Shown here: positions 26,034-37,260 of the stretch, piece by piece
Numbering within the stretch: the first letter of the stretch is position 1
Layout of the letters: the number at the start of each line of letters is the position of its first letter
NCBI GenBank assembly: GCA_951406725.2
Contig: OX597816.1
Span: 170,562,001 to 170,626,000 of the forward strand
Origin: Octopus vulgaris
Lineage: Eukaryota
Length of the DNA: 64,000 nucleotides
Direction of reading: 5' to 3'
Made by a program: the position numbers and the translations under genes
The notes under the pieces: generated by a model
The model's database searches: none
Seen by the model: the letters and a program-made list of their open reading frames with translations, nothing else
Told to the model about the DNA's origin: nothing

Positions 26034-26738
26034 ATAACATAAGGGACTAAAGCCATCTGAATATGGCTAGGGACAGGGCAGGGTGGTGGGGGTGTTACTG
26101 TTGCATTTAGCCCCAGGCGAACATCGACGTCACCAGAAAGGCTCGACACCGTCACGGTGCCCTTAACCTGCAAAGGGAGGTAATTCCCCGATGAAGCGGA
26201 AACCACACACGGACCATGGTTTCAAGGTGTATTGCCTATCATCGGCGTGTGGTAGGCCTCCGCTTCCTCGACGAATTCTCACTCTGCAGGATTTTCTTAT
26301 ATAGATTTTCAAGCAAAATACATTTGCTGATTTCGAAAATCTGTTCGAAAGCAATAATAATTCTCTAAAAGGGATATAGACAGTAACTGCTCGATAACAT
26401 AAGGGACTAAAGCCATCTGAATATGGCTAGGGACAGGGCAGGGTGGTGGGGGTGTTACTGTTGCATTTAGCCCCAGGCGAACATCGACGTCACCAGAAAG
26501 GCTCGACACCGTCACGGTGCCCTTAACCTGCAAAGGGAGGTAATTCCCCGATGAAGCGGAAACCACACACGGACCATGGTTTCAAGGTCTTTCTGGTGAC
26601 GTCGATGTTCGCCTGGGGCTAAATGCAACAGTAACACCCCCACCACCCTGCCCTGTCCCTAGCCATATTCAGATGGCTTTAGTCCCTTATGTTATCGAGC
26701 AGTTACTGTCTATATCCCTTTTAGAGAATTATTATTGC
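26034..26738 (-). mobile_element. Young non-coding element: 360-bp-period tandem repeat plus inverted segment (Penelope pLTR-like or retrozyme-like)
   Basis: 26034-26228 is identical to 26394-26588; 26589-26738 is the reverse complement of 26351-26500; contains a hammerhead. Confidence 0.8.
26206..26251 (-). ncRNA. Minimal type-I hammerhead with CCGATGA core
   Basis: cacacg-CCGATGA-t-agg-caataca-cct-t-GAAA-ccatgg-TC-cgtgtg: 6 bp stem I, palindromic stem III ACCATGGT, GTC site. Confidence 0.75.
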
Positions 26739-26784
<46 letters not shown>

Positions 26785-27278
26785 AATGTAAATATGTATA
26801 TGTATATATATATATGTATATATGTTTGTGTGTGTGTGTGTAACTGTAAATATATGAATACAGATATATTTATGTATATATGTATGTGGCAGCGATGCGT
26901 CTGTTTCGTAACGCCATGTCCTATCGCCACTTGCACTCCGATCCAATCCCTCCAACCAGCAGCGCGTTTCTCTCACCATCCGGGACCACTTCTCAGCTTC
27001 TGACCTCCCCACTACTTCTATCAACCTCGGTGTCCAAGCTTCTCGCAACTCGCACTTTCTACGTGAACATTTAAACATATTTTAATGCACCTTGATATTC
27101 TATCATTTATAGAAAAAGTGGTACGGTTAGCCATCATTTCTTCGTTGACGACAAAGTGAATTTATTGCAATCTGTTAATATAATATACTTAACTTTAACT
27201 GTAACGGATAGACTATTTTGCATACAGGGCATGTAGTGGCGGAATGATCAAATAGAAACGAATATTTATGTAGTTTAC

Positions 27279-27324
<46 letters not shown>

Positions 27325-27892
27325 TTATATATACATATATCATTATACATACATAAATATATATGAATATATATATGTATATATATGATGTATGGTTATA
27401 CATACATACATATATATGCATATATAATATAAAGAAAGAAATATATATGTTATAAACACATATATATATATTACATATGCAATATATGTATATGTGTAAA
27501 GAGAGAAGCATGTATGTGTGTATGTATGTATGTATATATGCATGTATGCTTGTATGTTTGTTTGTTTGTATGTATGTATGTATGTATGTATGTATGTATG
27601 TTTGTTTCTTTGTATGTATGTTTGTTTGTATGTATGCTTGTTTGTTTGTATGTATATATGTATGCATTTGATTACATTTCTTTCCGTTTAATATATATAT
27701 TCTCAAAATACTTTATGTCCAGTCCATTAACATCTGTTACATTATATTAACAATGTATAAATACTGCATGTCATCGCGAGACTTAATACGCTATGCAGTC
27801 TTTGTTACTGTGTGTTTGTGAATTTAGACACCATATATATATTATGATGTTATCTAATCCATTTATTTTCAAAGGTTATGGAAATTGGTTAC

Positions 27893-28000
27893 CTGATATT
27901 CGTAGCTATTTGATAATAATACTCTGCTTTTGTATAATTCTCCAGGTTCATATAACACTGTCCCAAACCAGTGTAAGCAGACACAAATTCAGGATATTTC
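27893..28000 (-). CDS. TMTC4: TMTC4-like exon (108 nt, phase 2-2): (R)KYPEFVSAYTGLGQCYMNLENYTKAEYYYQIATNI(S), TPR
   Basis: Acceptor tttattgtag; donor CAG|gtaacc; textbook TPR consensus (P.F..AY..LG..Y.......A..YY..A); phases match both neighbouring exons. Confidence 0.9.
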
Positions 28001-28214
28001 CTACAATAAATTTTAAATTCACATGAAATTTCTATCACGGTTATCCAGGAAGTAACGAATAGCATTATTTCGCATTATATTTTATTGGCAAATTAAAATA
28101 TACAAGTGGAGACTCTGAATGATTTAAAGTTTCGATGCATTTTTAGGCTAGTGAATAATGATTAGTACGGCACCGAAGTCTATAATAATAGCTATGATAA
28201 AAATAAAAGACACT

Positions 28215-28641
28215 AATAATAATGATTTCAAACTTTGGTACAAGGCTAGCAATTTTGTTAGAGTCAAGTCGACATGTTTTGCAAACAACTTGCACATGCA
28301 AGTGCTACTAGTCGAAAACTTCGCGTACCGGAAGCCAGCAAGTGTATGGGGTCATCAGGAGAGAATGTTACTTATTTTATCGACCTAGAAATGATGAAAG
28401 GCAAATTCAACTTCGGTGGAATTTGAACGTAAAGACGGAAGAAATACCGCTGAGCAATTTGTCAAGCGTTCTACTATAGGCACAAGACATGAAATTTGGG
28501 GGAAGGAGGAGAGACGATTACATCGACCACGGTGTTTCACTTTTACTTAATTTATTGACCCCGAAAGGGTGAAAGGCAAAGTCGACCTCGTCGGAATTTG
28601 TGCTCAGAACGTAGTGACGGGCTAAATACCTATTTCTTTAC
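28215..28641 (-). mobile_element. Tandem degenerate SINE family B fragments
   Basis: Two gaaaggcaaa(g/t)tc(g/a)ac(c/t)tcg..ggaatttg domains; includes the tail-to-body junction aaagaaata|ggtattt. Confidence 0.75.
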
Positions 28642-29570
28642 TTGGAAGACGATACAACTAATAGCGACATTACAGGTGAACAAAAGGCAATCTACGACAG
28701 AATAAATGTAAAACAATAGGAGAACGATAGCGACATTATTTGCAACCTTAAAAAGGTTGATTGAGGGAAATTGAACCAAGAAAAATGTCAATAAAATTCT
28801 GAAATACATCAGAACAAACAACGTCACAGAAACAAATAATTTGATCAAGGCAGCAAGTATTGTTGTAGAAGAAAACGTGAGTCTTGATGAAAAAGAAACA
28901 TAATGGTGGAAAAGAAGAATCCAGGCAGGGTTAGACCTACTCTCGAAGGAAATCTCTGTTAGACCGAAAAGAGAAAGGGGAGCTTAAAAGCGAACAAAAA
29001 TACAGGGCGCTGAAAAGGAACTATAATACTGAAAGAGAGGGCCTGAAAGTAGTAGTGGAGGAACTGAAACTGCGCCTCGTTGCAAAGAAAGCAAAGATGG
29101 TAAGATACGACCAAAGAATGAAGCGTTACCACCAGAATAGGTTATTCAGAGTAGATCAGAAGAGATTCTATAAAGAAATAAATGGAGGATGTACAGATGA
29201 AAAGTTGACACCAGATAACATTGAAAGTCAAAGGTTTGGGAGTGACATCTGGAGCAAAGACAAAGAGCACAAGAATGATGCTGAATGGTTGCAAGAACTG
29301 AAACAAACAGTAGTCTGTCCAGAACAGGCAGAGCTAGTCATTTCAGTTAGGGAAGTGAAAGAAATCAGCAAAAACAAATGAGCAGCTGGAAGGCCCCGGG
29401 ACCAGATGGAGTTCAAGTCTACTGGATCAAAAGATTTGGTGAATGTCATGCACGAATAGCTGCGCAACTCAACTCCTTGTTAAATGCCGACCAAGGAACA
29501 CCAGAGTGGTTGACATTGGGTAGGACAGTGCTGTGCCTGAAAAACATCGAAAAGGGCAATACATCTCAAG
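28642..29570 (+). mobile_element. R4/Dong-like (RLE-type) non-LTR retrotransposon fragment, region upstream of and entering the RT
   Basis: WWKRRI, QNRLFRVDQKRFYKEI, IWS...HKNDAEWL, SWKAPGPDGVQVYWIK, PEWLTLGRTVL (ORFs 29055..29381 and 29378..29596). Confidence 0.85.
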
Positions 29571-30026
29571 CGTTAGAAGCTGTGCAAAGGCAATAATAAT
29601 AATAACGACACTAATAACAGCAACAACAATAATAACAGCCACAATAACGACGACGAAGATGATGATGATGATGAAGAGGCGGAGGAGAGAATGAGGGTTT
29701 ATGCAGATCAGCAATCATAAGGAGATAGGATTTCTCTGCATTATTGACTTCAATATTTGGTTGGTACTTTATTTTTTCGGGCCCCAAAGCATTTTTCCGA
29801 GGCTCCATCAATCTTGCCAGTTCACCACTGGTTTCTGCTTTTGGCACAAGGTTCGCAATTCTCTAGGTCCCAAGGACTAATCGTTATCGTCCAGCCCAAT
29901 ATTTAATTGGTATCGAAGACAAATGGATACCTCTCAAGTAAATCGAAATATTCTAAGAATACTTAACTGGTTTCCACTCTTTCCATTGTTTTGGTCACTT
30001 ATGATTGCAAGCCTACTCGTAGTCCC

Positions 30027-30143
<117 letters not shown>

Positions 30144-30152
30144 ATCATTGTT

Positions 30153-30705
30153 GAGTGAGAGAGCAGTTCATGCCATCAAAGTGACACGGGTAAAATATAC
30201 GAAGCCCAATATACCCATCATGACTACCCGTCCGATAAGGGCACACCAGGCACATGCATCACAACCATATGTGCGCGACATGGTAATTTCATATCAAGAT
30301 AAACAGTACATGACCATGCAGGTGGGGCCCAGTTAGAATTTTCTTCATGTTGAGTAGCCCATCCCGCTCAAAAGGTCCCTGAATAAGGGTTGCTTAAGGA
30401 TGTTGAAAGAACCACCCATGTTTCCAGAGGTGAATTATTCAAACCCCAAAGAATCCCTCTCAGCACATGGCTATGATGCGCCCCCACTACTTCTTCTCGT
30501 GATCAGAGATGCACATATCGTCAGCCACTAAGGGACATGCTCAACTGACTGGTTAAGGTCAAGCAACTGACAAGCAGATCTGTGGTATTGAGCAGAATAT
30601 TTGCTGTAGCCCATCTTTTATACAAAGACAAAACAATGTACATAACACTTCCAATCAGTTAAGATCAGAAGCCATGAGAGCCACTGCCTGATACTGCATC
30701 AGGTC

Positions 30706-30709
<4 letters not shown>
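30153..30709 (-). mobile_element. ~555 bp non-autonomous element delimited by (TAA)n, copy 1
   Basis: Highly similar to 30844-31383; both ends abut TTA repeats; orientation inferred from a (TAA)n 3' tail. Confidence 0.75.
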
Positions 30710-30753
<44 letters not shown>

Positions 30754-30843
30754 TTGTTTTTCTTCTTTCAAATTTGCTTCCATTTCTTGCCGAGTGTCTT
30801 CCCGACTCCTAGGGCAAATAAACTCATTATTATTATTATTATT

Positions 30844-31383
30844 GAGTGAGAGAGCAGTTCATGCCATCAAAGTGACACTGGGGTAAAATATACGAAGCCC
30901 AATATACCCATCATGACTACCCGTCTGATAAAGGTACACCAGGCACATGCATCACAACCATATGTGCGCGACATGGTGATCTCATATCAAGATAAACAGC
31001 ACATGACCTTGCAGGTGGGGCCCAGTTAGAATTGTCTTCAGGTTGAGTAGCCCATCCCGCTCAAAAGGTCCCTGAATAAGGGTTGCTTAAGGATGTTGAA
31101 AGAACCACCCATGTTTCCAGAGGTGAATTATTCAAACCCCAAAGAATCCCTCTCAACACATGCCTATGATGCTCCCCCACTACTTCTGCTCGGGATCAGA
31201 GATGCACATATCGTCAGCCACTAAGGGACATGCTCAACTGGTTAAGGTCAAACAACTGACAAGCAAATCTGTGGTATTGAGCAGAATATTTGCTGTAGCC
31301 CATCTTTTATACCAAGACAAAACAATGTACATGATAACACTTCCAATCAGTTAAGATCAGAAGCCATGAGAGCCACTGCCTGG
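30844..31383 (-). mobile_element. ~540 bp non-autonomous element delimited by (TAA)n, copy 2
   Basis: Near-identical to 30153-30709, lacking ~18 terminal nt. Confidence 0.75.
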
Positions 31384-31480
<97 letters not shown>

Positions 31481-32260
31481 TTCCAGGATTTTTCGCACAG
31501 AGGAAACCATAGGGGGTTATTTGTTTTTATTTATTTATTTTTTATTAATTTTTGTCCATTTGAGTTTGTTGCGTTTCAGGAAACTTGTTTTTCACTGCTG
31601 TCTTGATGCAACGTTTTTTTTTTTTGCCTCTGATATTCGTTTTTCAGTCTTCAAAATATTTCATTTACACTCATGCAATATATAGACGTTCTAACTCGGC
31701 CACGTAGCTTCTGGACGTTCTGCCTCGCCCACGTAGCTCAATTTTTTCATTCATGGGTGTTGTATATGGAGAGTATCTAATATTCTGTTCTTATTAACCT
31801 GCCGTGGAACAAGTTTGTTCTGAAGCCAGCCCTCCCATTTCAAGATGCTATTTTGACCAACTCCTAGGAAATGCTTTACGGAGCCCCTCAGGTATACATT
31901 TCTTTAGATATTGACACTGCATTCCTATTCCCACATCATTTCCTCTACAATCGCTTCTGAGAATAAAACATAATGCTAACTATTTTAAATATGCCACGTC
32001 TCAGAGTATATGTGGCCTGAAAACTTTGACGACTTTATTTCTTGATAAGTGCATTGAAATGATATTGCTCGGAAAAACACTACACAATATTATTTAGAGA
32101 TATGCCTTATTTACTTTTCGTTCATGTATTATTTTTGGGATATGCTTTTACATTCTAATTTTGCGTTCTCTTACAGTTCAAGAAAACGCATTTTTTTGGC
32201 ATTACATTTATAAATACATGTCAGCGTAACACCCTTTTTTTAATATTACCACTACCACTA

Positions 32261-32470
32261 AGGTGAAGAGCTGGCAGAATCCTTAGCATGACGGGCAAAA
32301 TACTTGTCAGCATTTTGTCCGTCTTTACATTTTGAGTTCAAATTCAGCTGAGGTCGACATTACTTTTCATCCTTTCGCGGTCAATAAAATATCAGTTGAG
32401 TACTGGGGTCGATGTAATCAACTTACTATCTCTCCAGAAATTGCTGGCCTTGTGCTAAAATTTTAGACTA
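32261..32470 (+). mobile_element. SINE family B (older subfamily)
   Basis: aaggtgaagagctggcagaat..gagttcaaattc..gaggtcgac..tttcatcctttcg..actggggtcgatgtaatc. Confidence 0.8.
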
Positions 32471-34507
32471 ATGCTATTAATACCTTTGCTGGTACAGCTG
32501 TTGCTGCATTTGTTAGTGCTCAAGGTTTCCCAGCTATGATGCCCATCTGTGACCAAAAATTGTTACGGGTGTGACCATCCTTCTTTTAAGGTACAGTATA
32601 TATGAAAGTAAAATACTGAAGTTATCGTTCCTTTAGAAGAGGATCAGATGTAATTGGAGGAAGATTTCGCTCGTGACTGTAGAATGTGGAATCTCACACA
32701 TAATTTCATGGACCTGTTGTGCTTTATAGCTACATTAACATTAAAATAGTTATTCAATACTTTTTAGGATTTATTTTCGTTTTTGTTTTTGTTAATTTTA
32801 AAATTATCCCTGTTATTTGAGGATATGTTCTTAAGAGACTGAAAATACAAGGGTACTATTTTTCTTTGTGTTTGAAGGAAATAATCAAATCCTCTTTGCT
32901 ACTACTATAATTCAAATCTTCTCTCATAATCACTGTAGAAACTATAGTTAAAAAAATATTTCTGATAAATAGGTAAAATGCAATATTTCTTCCTATAAAT
33001 AGGGGAAGTATATAGCACCTTCTATTCAGCCTTCTTTCTTAACATGTTATTGTTTCATTCGGGTAGAAAAGATTGTGAGTGCAATCTACAAAGGCTAAGA
33101 GCGACTGATCAGGTTAAGACAGTTAATGCTCGATTTGAAAAGCTGCAAGTTGATATTTGTGGGAAAACGTGAATAGAAAGGGGCTACTACAGAGTTACAT
33201 TTGTGGTAATGTAGTGGGGAAAAGTAGGACTTGATTATGGCTCGGATGGAAGCGATAGTAAATAGTTAACTCTGGGAAACAAAAACCATAGTAATATCAG
33301 TATAACTAGATGAAGGAAAGAGCACGGCAGTGGGTAAATATTGGTGTATGTTGGTGAGTCTTTGATAATCATCCGGAATGCTGAATTTTTCATGCAATCT
33401 TGGATAATTTTTGAGTAGCAACAGTACTGTAAAAGATGTGAAGCAGTACGTATTGCATCTAAAGAGAGAAAGTAACCTTTGGAATGCAGATAAATGTCAG
33501 AAAACAAGTAGAGATTATTTATACCCGTACGAACTATGATATACTGCGATTTTGAGAGTTTTCATGAGTAATAGAATAAGTTATAAAATAACATTTTTTA
33601 TATAACGATAACACAAATTCCACGTTAGAACAAATATTATAACAGATACTATATCAAGCCTAAGCAAGATATATTTTCGAATAAAATGTAACAAACAAAC
33701 AACAACAAAAATGAGAAGACTTGGTATTTTGTATTATAATGACATAATCATAATTCTTCTGAATGTAAAGGAAAATATCTCTGGAGATATTTGTCTAGTT
33801 TCTTCTTCAGTTGTGCAAATACAAGTAATTTAAATTCAATGTAAATATTCTATTTGAAAATCAAAGATCCTAGACAAAATTTGTATTTCTTAATTCGTTA
33901 TTAGGTAACAATTTAAACAAATATCTCTGAAATAAATGTGTTTTTTATTATAATAAATGTCAGTAACTTACTAAATAAAAATTCATGTTTTATTCAGAGT
34001 TTTCGACAAATACATTCTATTTTCTGAAAATATTTAATTATCTTATTGGTTTTCATCACTGCCTTGTATGTTTGTTTAAGACAATGGAAGAAACCAAAGT
34101 TAAAAATTGAGTTTCAAATTTAAGTGGTTAATGCAAATTTTCATTCTGTAAACTTCTTCTAAGGTAATGTTGAGTGAACTAAATTTGTCTAATACAGGAA
34201 TGTGTAAACTTTCGAAACGATAAACCAATATATTCATTAGACATCCATTAACAGAGAATCATAATGTATTCGAGGAAAATTAGCTTCCAAACTTAAATAG
34301 CTGGAATACAATGAATCCGTGCTTGAAAGGGGAATGTCAGCAAACGTTTTGTTTACTAATTGGCACGGAACAACAGCATCCAAAATGGTCAGGCTTTAAA
34401 TACCATATTAATGCATGTGTTGTTAATTTATAAAATTTTGAGTTTTATCTGAATGACCGGAGCTTGAGGCGCATAAACGTTTACACATGAGTAGTTTGGT
34501 TTCTTAC

Positions 34508-34587
34508 CTTACAGTCTCAGAAAAGTAATTCTTCGCAGATTTATATTCTTTATGATGAAGGTATCCAACAGCAATATTAAAGTAAAG
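34508..34587 (-). CDS. TMTC4: TMTC4-like exon (80 nt, phase 0-2): LYFNIAVGYLHHKEYKSAKNYFSETV(R), TPR
   Basis: Acceptor cttccttctgattcgttgtag; donor AG|gtaaga; TPR pattern follows NAK directly. Confidence 0.87.
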
Positions 34588-34622
34588 CTACAACGAATCA
34601 GAAGGAAGCCTATTTCAATACA

Positions 34623-34660
<38 letters not shown>

Positions 34661-34716
34661 AATATATATGTATATAAATATATATATATATACACATATA
34701 TATATATATGCATATG

Positions 34717-34768
<52 letters not shown>

Positions 34769-34821
34769 TGTACAAGAAAAGAAATGACAAAAGAATAAAA
34801 GATTATCTTATGAACTTCATT

Positions 34822-34902
34822 AGCTTACCGCTTTTTCAACTATAAGATGTGGTGGACTCATAGTTTTGTGCCTGAGTACCATCTTACAATTTCATCACAG
34901 CT
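34822..34902 (-). ncRNA. Degenerate hammerhead-like motif with long stem II (core GTGATGA)
   Basis: agct-GTGATGA-aattgtaagatg...catcttatagtt-GAAA-aagcgg-TA-agct; shares the flank gattatct.atgaacttcattagct with 24695. Confidence 0.5.
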
Positions 34903-35492
34903 TCAAACATAAAGTGTAATTGATTTGGGAAAGCAAATACAATGAGAAAGCAAATATGTGGAAGATGAAATCCAAGGACTCCTCCAGCAATCAGAAGAAG
35001 ATTAATTCCATGATGTAGATAATGATGAGTATAATATGTAGAGAAAGAGTGAACATGCCTATCAGTAAGAATATGTGTACACACACACACACACATACCT
35101 GCATACATATGACGAGATGGAGCTAAAAAGAGAAGAGAGAATAAGGAATGGTTTGGGATGATCTAAATGCAACAATTTTTTAAAGAAATATTAATGTTAA
35201 TTTATAATCTTTGGAGCAAAGCTAAAGTTTTCGAAGCAAATGTTCATTACGTTTCTTCTCTTTGATTTTTGAAGGGATATTCACATCAGAGAGGCATCTG
35301 ACTTCTATGTCCTACGATTTCCCATCTTTCGTAAACAATTATTTCAGCCCTTGTATATTTGCATTTGGTAGAAGTTTTGATAGGAAATGTTATGCAATAT
35401 GTGAGTAGATATGGTAGACGGAAACTGAAAAGAAGCCCGTCGTATATACATATATATGAGTGTGTGTGTGTGTGTGTGTTTGTGTATTATAA

Positions 35493-36993
35493 TAATTATA
35501 TGCATAATTATAACAAGGGATTGTCTATAAGCCTCTCCACGCGCTAGAAATAGACGCCAAAAGACGCTAATACCGCATTAAAAACTCAAAAATTTAAAAT
35601 AGGGGCTGTAGCCAAGCAAAAGAATGATAAGGAAATAAACATTTGACTAAACGTGTACAAGCTTAAGGTAAAAAAAAACCTTACTGCTTCAGCAACGTTA
35701 CTATAATATTTGTAAAATTTACCTGTAAGGTTTTTATTTCCGCGCTGACCACTTGGTAAAATCATTAACGATATTTACCCTTCATGGCGGCGAGCTGGCA
35801 GAAACGTTAGCACGCCGGGCGAAATGCTTAGCGGTATTTCGTCAGCCACTACGTTCTGAGTTCAAATTCCGCCGAGGTCGACTTTGCCTTTCATACTTTC
35901 GGGGTCGATAAATTAAGTACCAGTTACGCACTGGGGTCGATGTAATCGACTTAATACCTATGTCTGTCCTTGTTCGTCCCTTCTATGTTTAGCCCCTTGT
36001 GGGTAATAAAGAAATAGGTATTTCGTCTGCTGCTACGTTCTGAATTTAATCCGTCTGTCTGTCCTTGTTTGTCCTCTCTGTGTTTAGCCCCTTGTGGGTA
36101 GTAAAGAAATAGGTATTTCGTCAGCCACTATGTTCTGAGTTCAAATTCCGCCGAGGTCGACTTTGCCTTTCATACTTTCGGGGTCGATAAATTAAGTACC
36201 AGTTACGCACTGGGGTCGATGTAATCGACTTAATACCTATGTCTGTCCTTGTTCGTCCCTTCTATGTTTAGCCCCTTGTGGGTAATAAAGAAATAGGTAT
36301 TTCGTCTGCTGCTACGTTCTGAATTTAATCCGTCTGTCTGTCCTTGTTTGTCCTCTCTGTGTTTAGCCCCTTGTGGGTAGTAAAGAAATAGGTATTTCGT
36401 CAGCCACTATGTTCTGAGTTCAAATTCCGCCGAGGTCGACTTTGCCTTTCATACTTTCGGGGTCGATTAAATAAGTACCAGTTACGCACTGGGATCGATA
36501 CAATCGACTTAATCCGTTTGTCTGTCCTTGTTTGCCCTCTATGTGTTTAGCCCCTTGTGGGTAGTAAAGAAATAGGTTATTTTGATATTATTACACGTGG
36601 CTGAAAAGAATGATGGGAATTCTAGTTTACTGCATATATTTACGTCACTGCTCGTATACGTATGTGTAGATACTCGGGAATTTATGCTACGGACTAACGT
36701 TGCTGACGATAGCAGTAGGCATATTTTTTTACCTTAAGTTGAAACGGGATCTTGTACGCGTTTAACCAAAAGTTTAATTCATTATCTTTCTTTTGCCCGA
36801 CTACAGCTCGTGCTTTATTTTTGGGAGTTTTTAAGATGGTATTAGCGTATTTTGGTGTTTATTTCTAGCGCGTGGAGAGTCTTATAACCAATTTCTTGTT
36901 ATAATCATATATATAATCATTATAATATTGTGTAAAATTCACCTATAAGGTTTTTATTTCCGCGCTGACCCCTTGGTAATGAAGTTTACCCTT
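35493..36993. repeat. Diverged inverted (35493-35700 / 36695-36919) plus direct (35702-35782 / 36921-36993) repeat structure enclosing the SINE array
   Basis: ctctccacgcgctagaaata / tatttctagcgcgtggagag; taaggtttttatttccgcgctgacc occurs twice. Confidence 0.75.
35786..36577 (+). mobile_element. SINE family B tandem array with a 279-bp higher-order unit (184 + 95 bp subunits)
   Basis: ggtatttcgtcagccact at 35833, 36112 and 36391; short internally deleted subunits at 36017 and 36296; only one 5' head. Confidence 0.92.
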
Positions 36994-37004
36994 TAGTATA
37001 ATTG

Positions 37005-37067
<63 letters not shown>

Positions 37068-37079
37068 ATATACTTATGT

Positions 37080-37260
37080 GTCAGTCTTTGTGTCTGTGCT
37101 TGTCCCCGTAACCTAGCGGTTTGGCAAAAGTGATTGATAGGATAAGTACCAGGCTTATAATGAATAAGTCATGGGGTCGATTTCTTCGACTAAAAGGCAG
37201 TGCTCCAGCATGGTCGCAGTGAAATCACTGAAACAGGTAAAAGAATAAAAGAATATAAGT
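37080..37260 (+). mobile_element. SINE family A, 3' fragment
   Basis: cccgtaacctagcgg..ggggtcgattt..gtgctccagcatgg..ctgaaacaggtaaaagaataaaagaa. Confidence 0.8.

Noticed and set aside
26188-26214. Plus-strand ccgatga-agcg-gaaacc second ribozyme
   Set aside because: There is no stem II or stem I; the minus-strand motif explains the region.
26885-27069. Possible solo LTR (TG...CA, GC-richer)
   Set aside because: No TSD, second copy or PBS/PPT is visible.
30655-30709. Faint U2 snRNA or HDV-ribozyme resemblance at the end of the TAA-flanked element
   Set aside because: Only short word matches; I could not build the fold by eye.
35786-36577. CRISPR-like array
   Set aside because: The units are SINE bodies with no unique spacers, there are no cas genes, and the context is eukaryotic.
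36703-36760. CTGACGA...GAAAC hammerhead candidate
   Set aside because: Stems I and III do not pair, and the inverted partner copy lacks these motifs.
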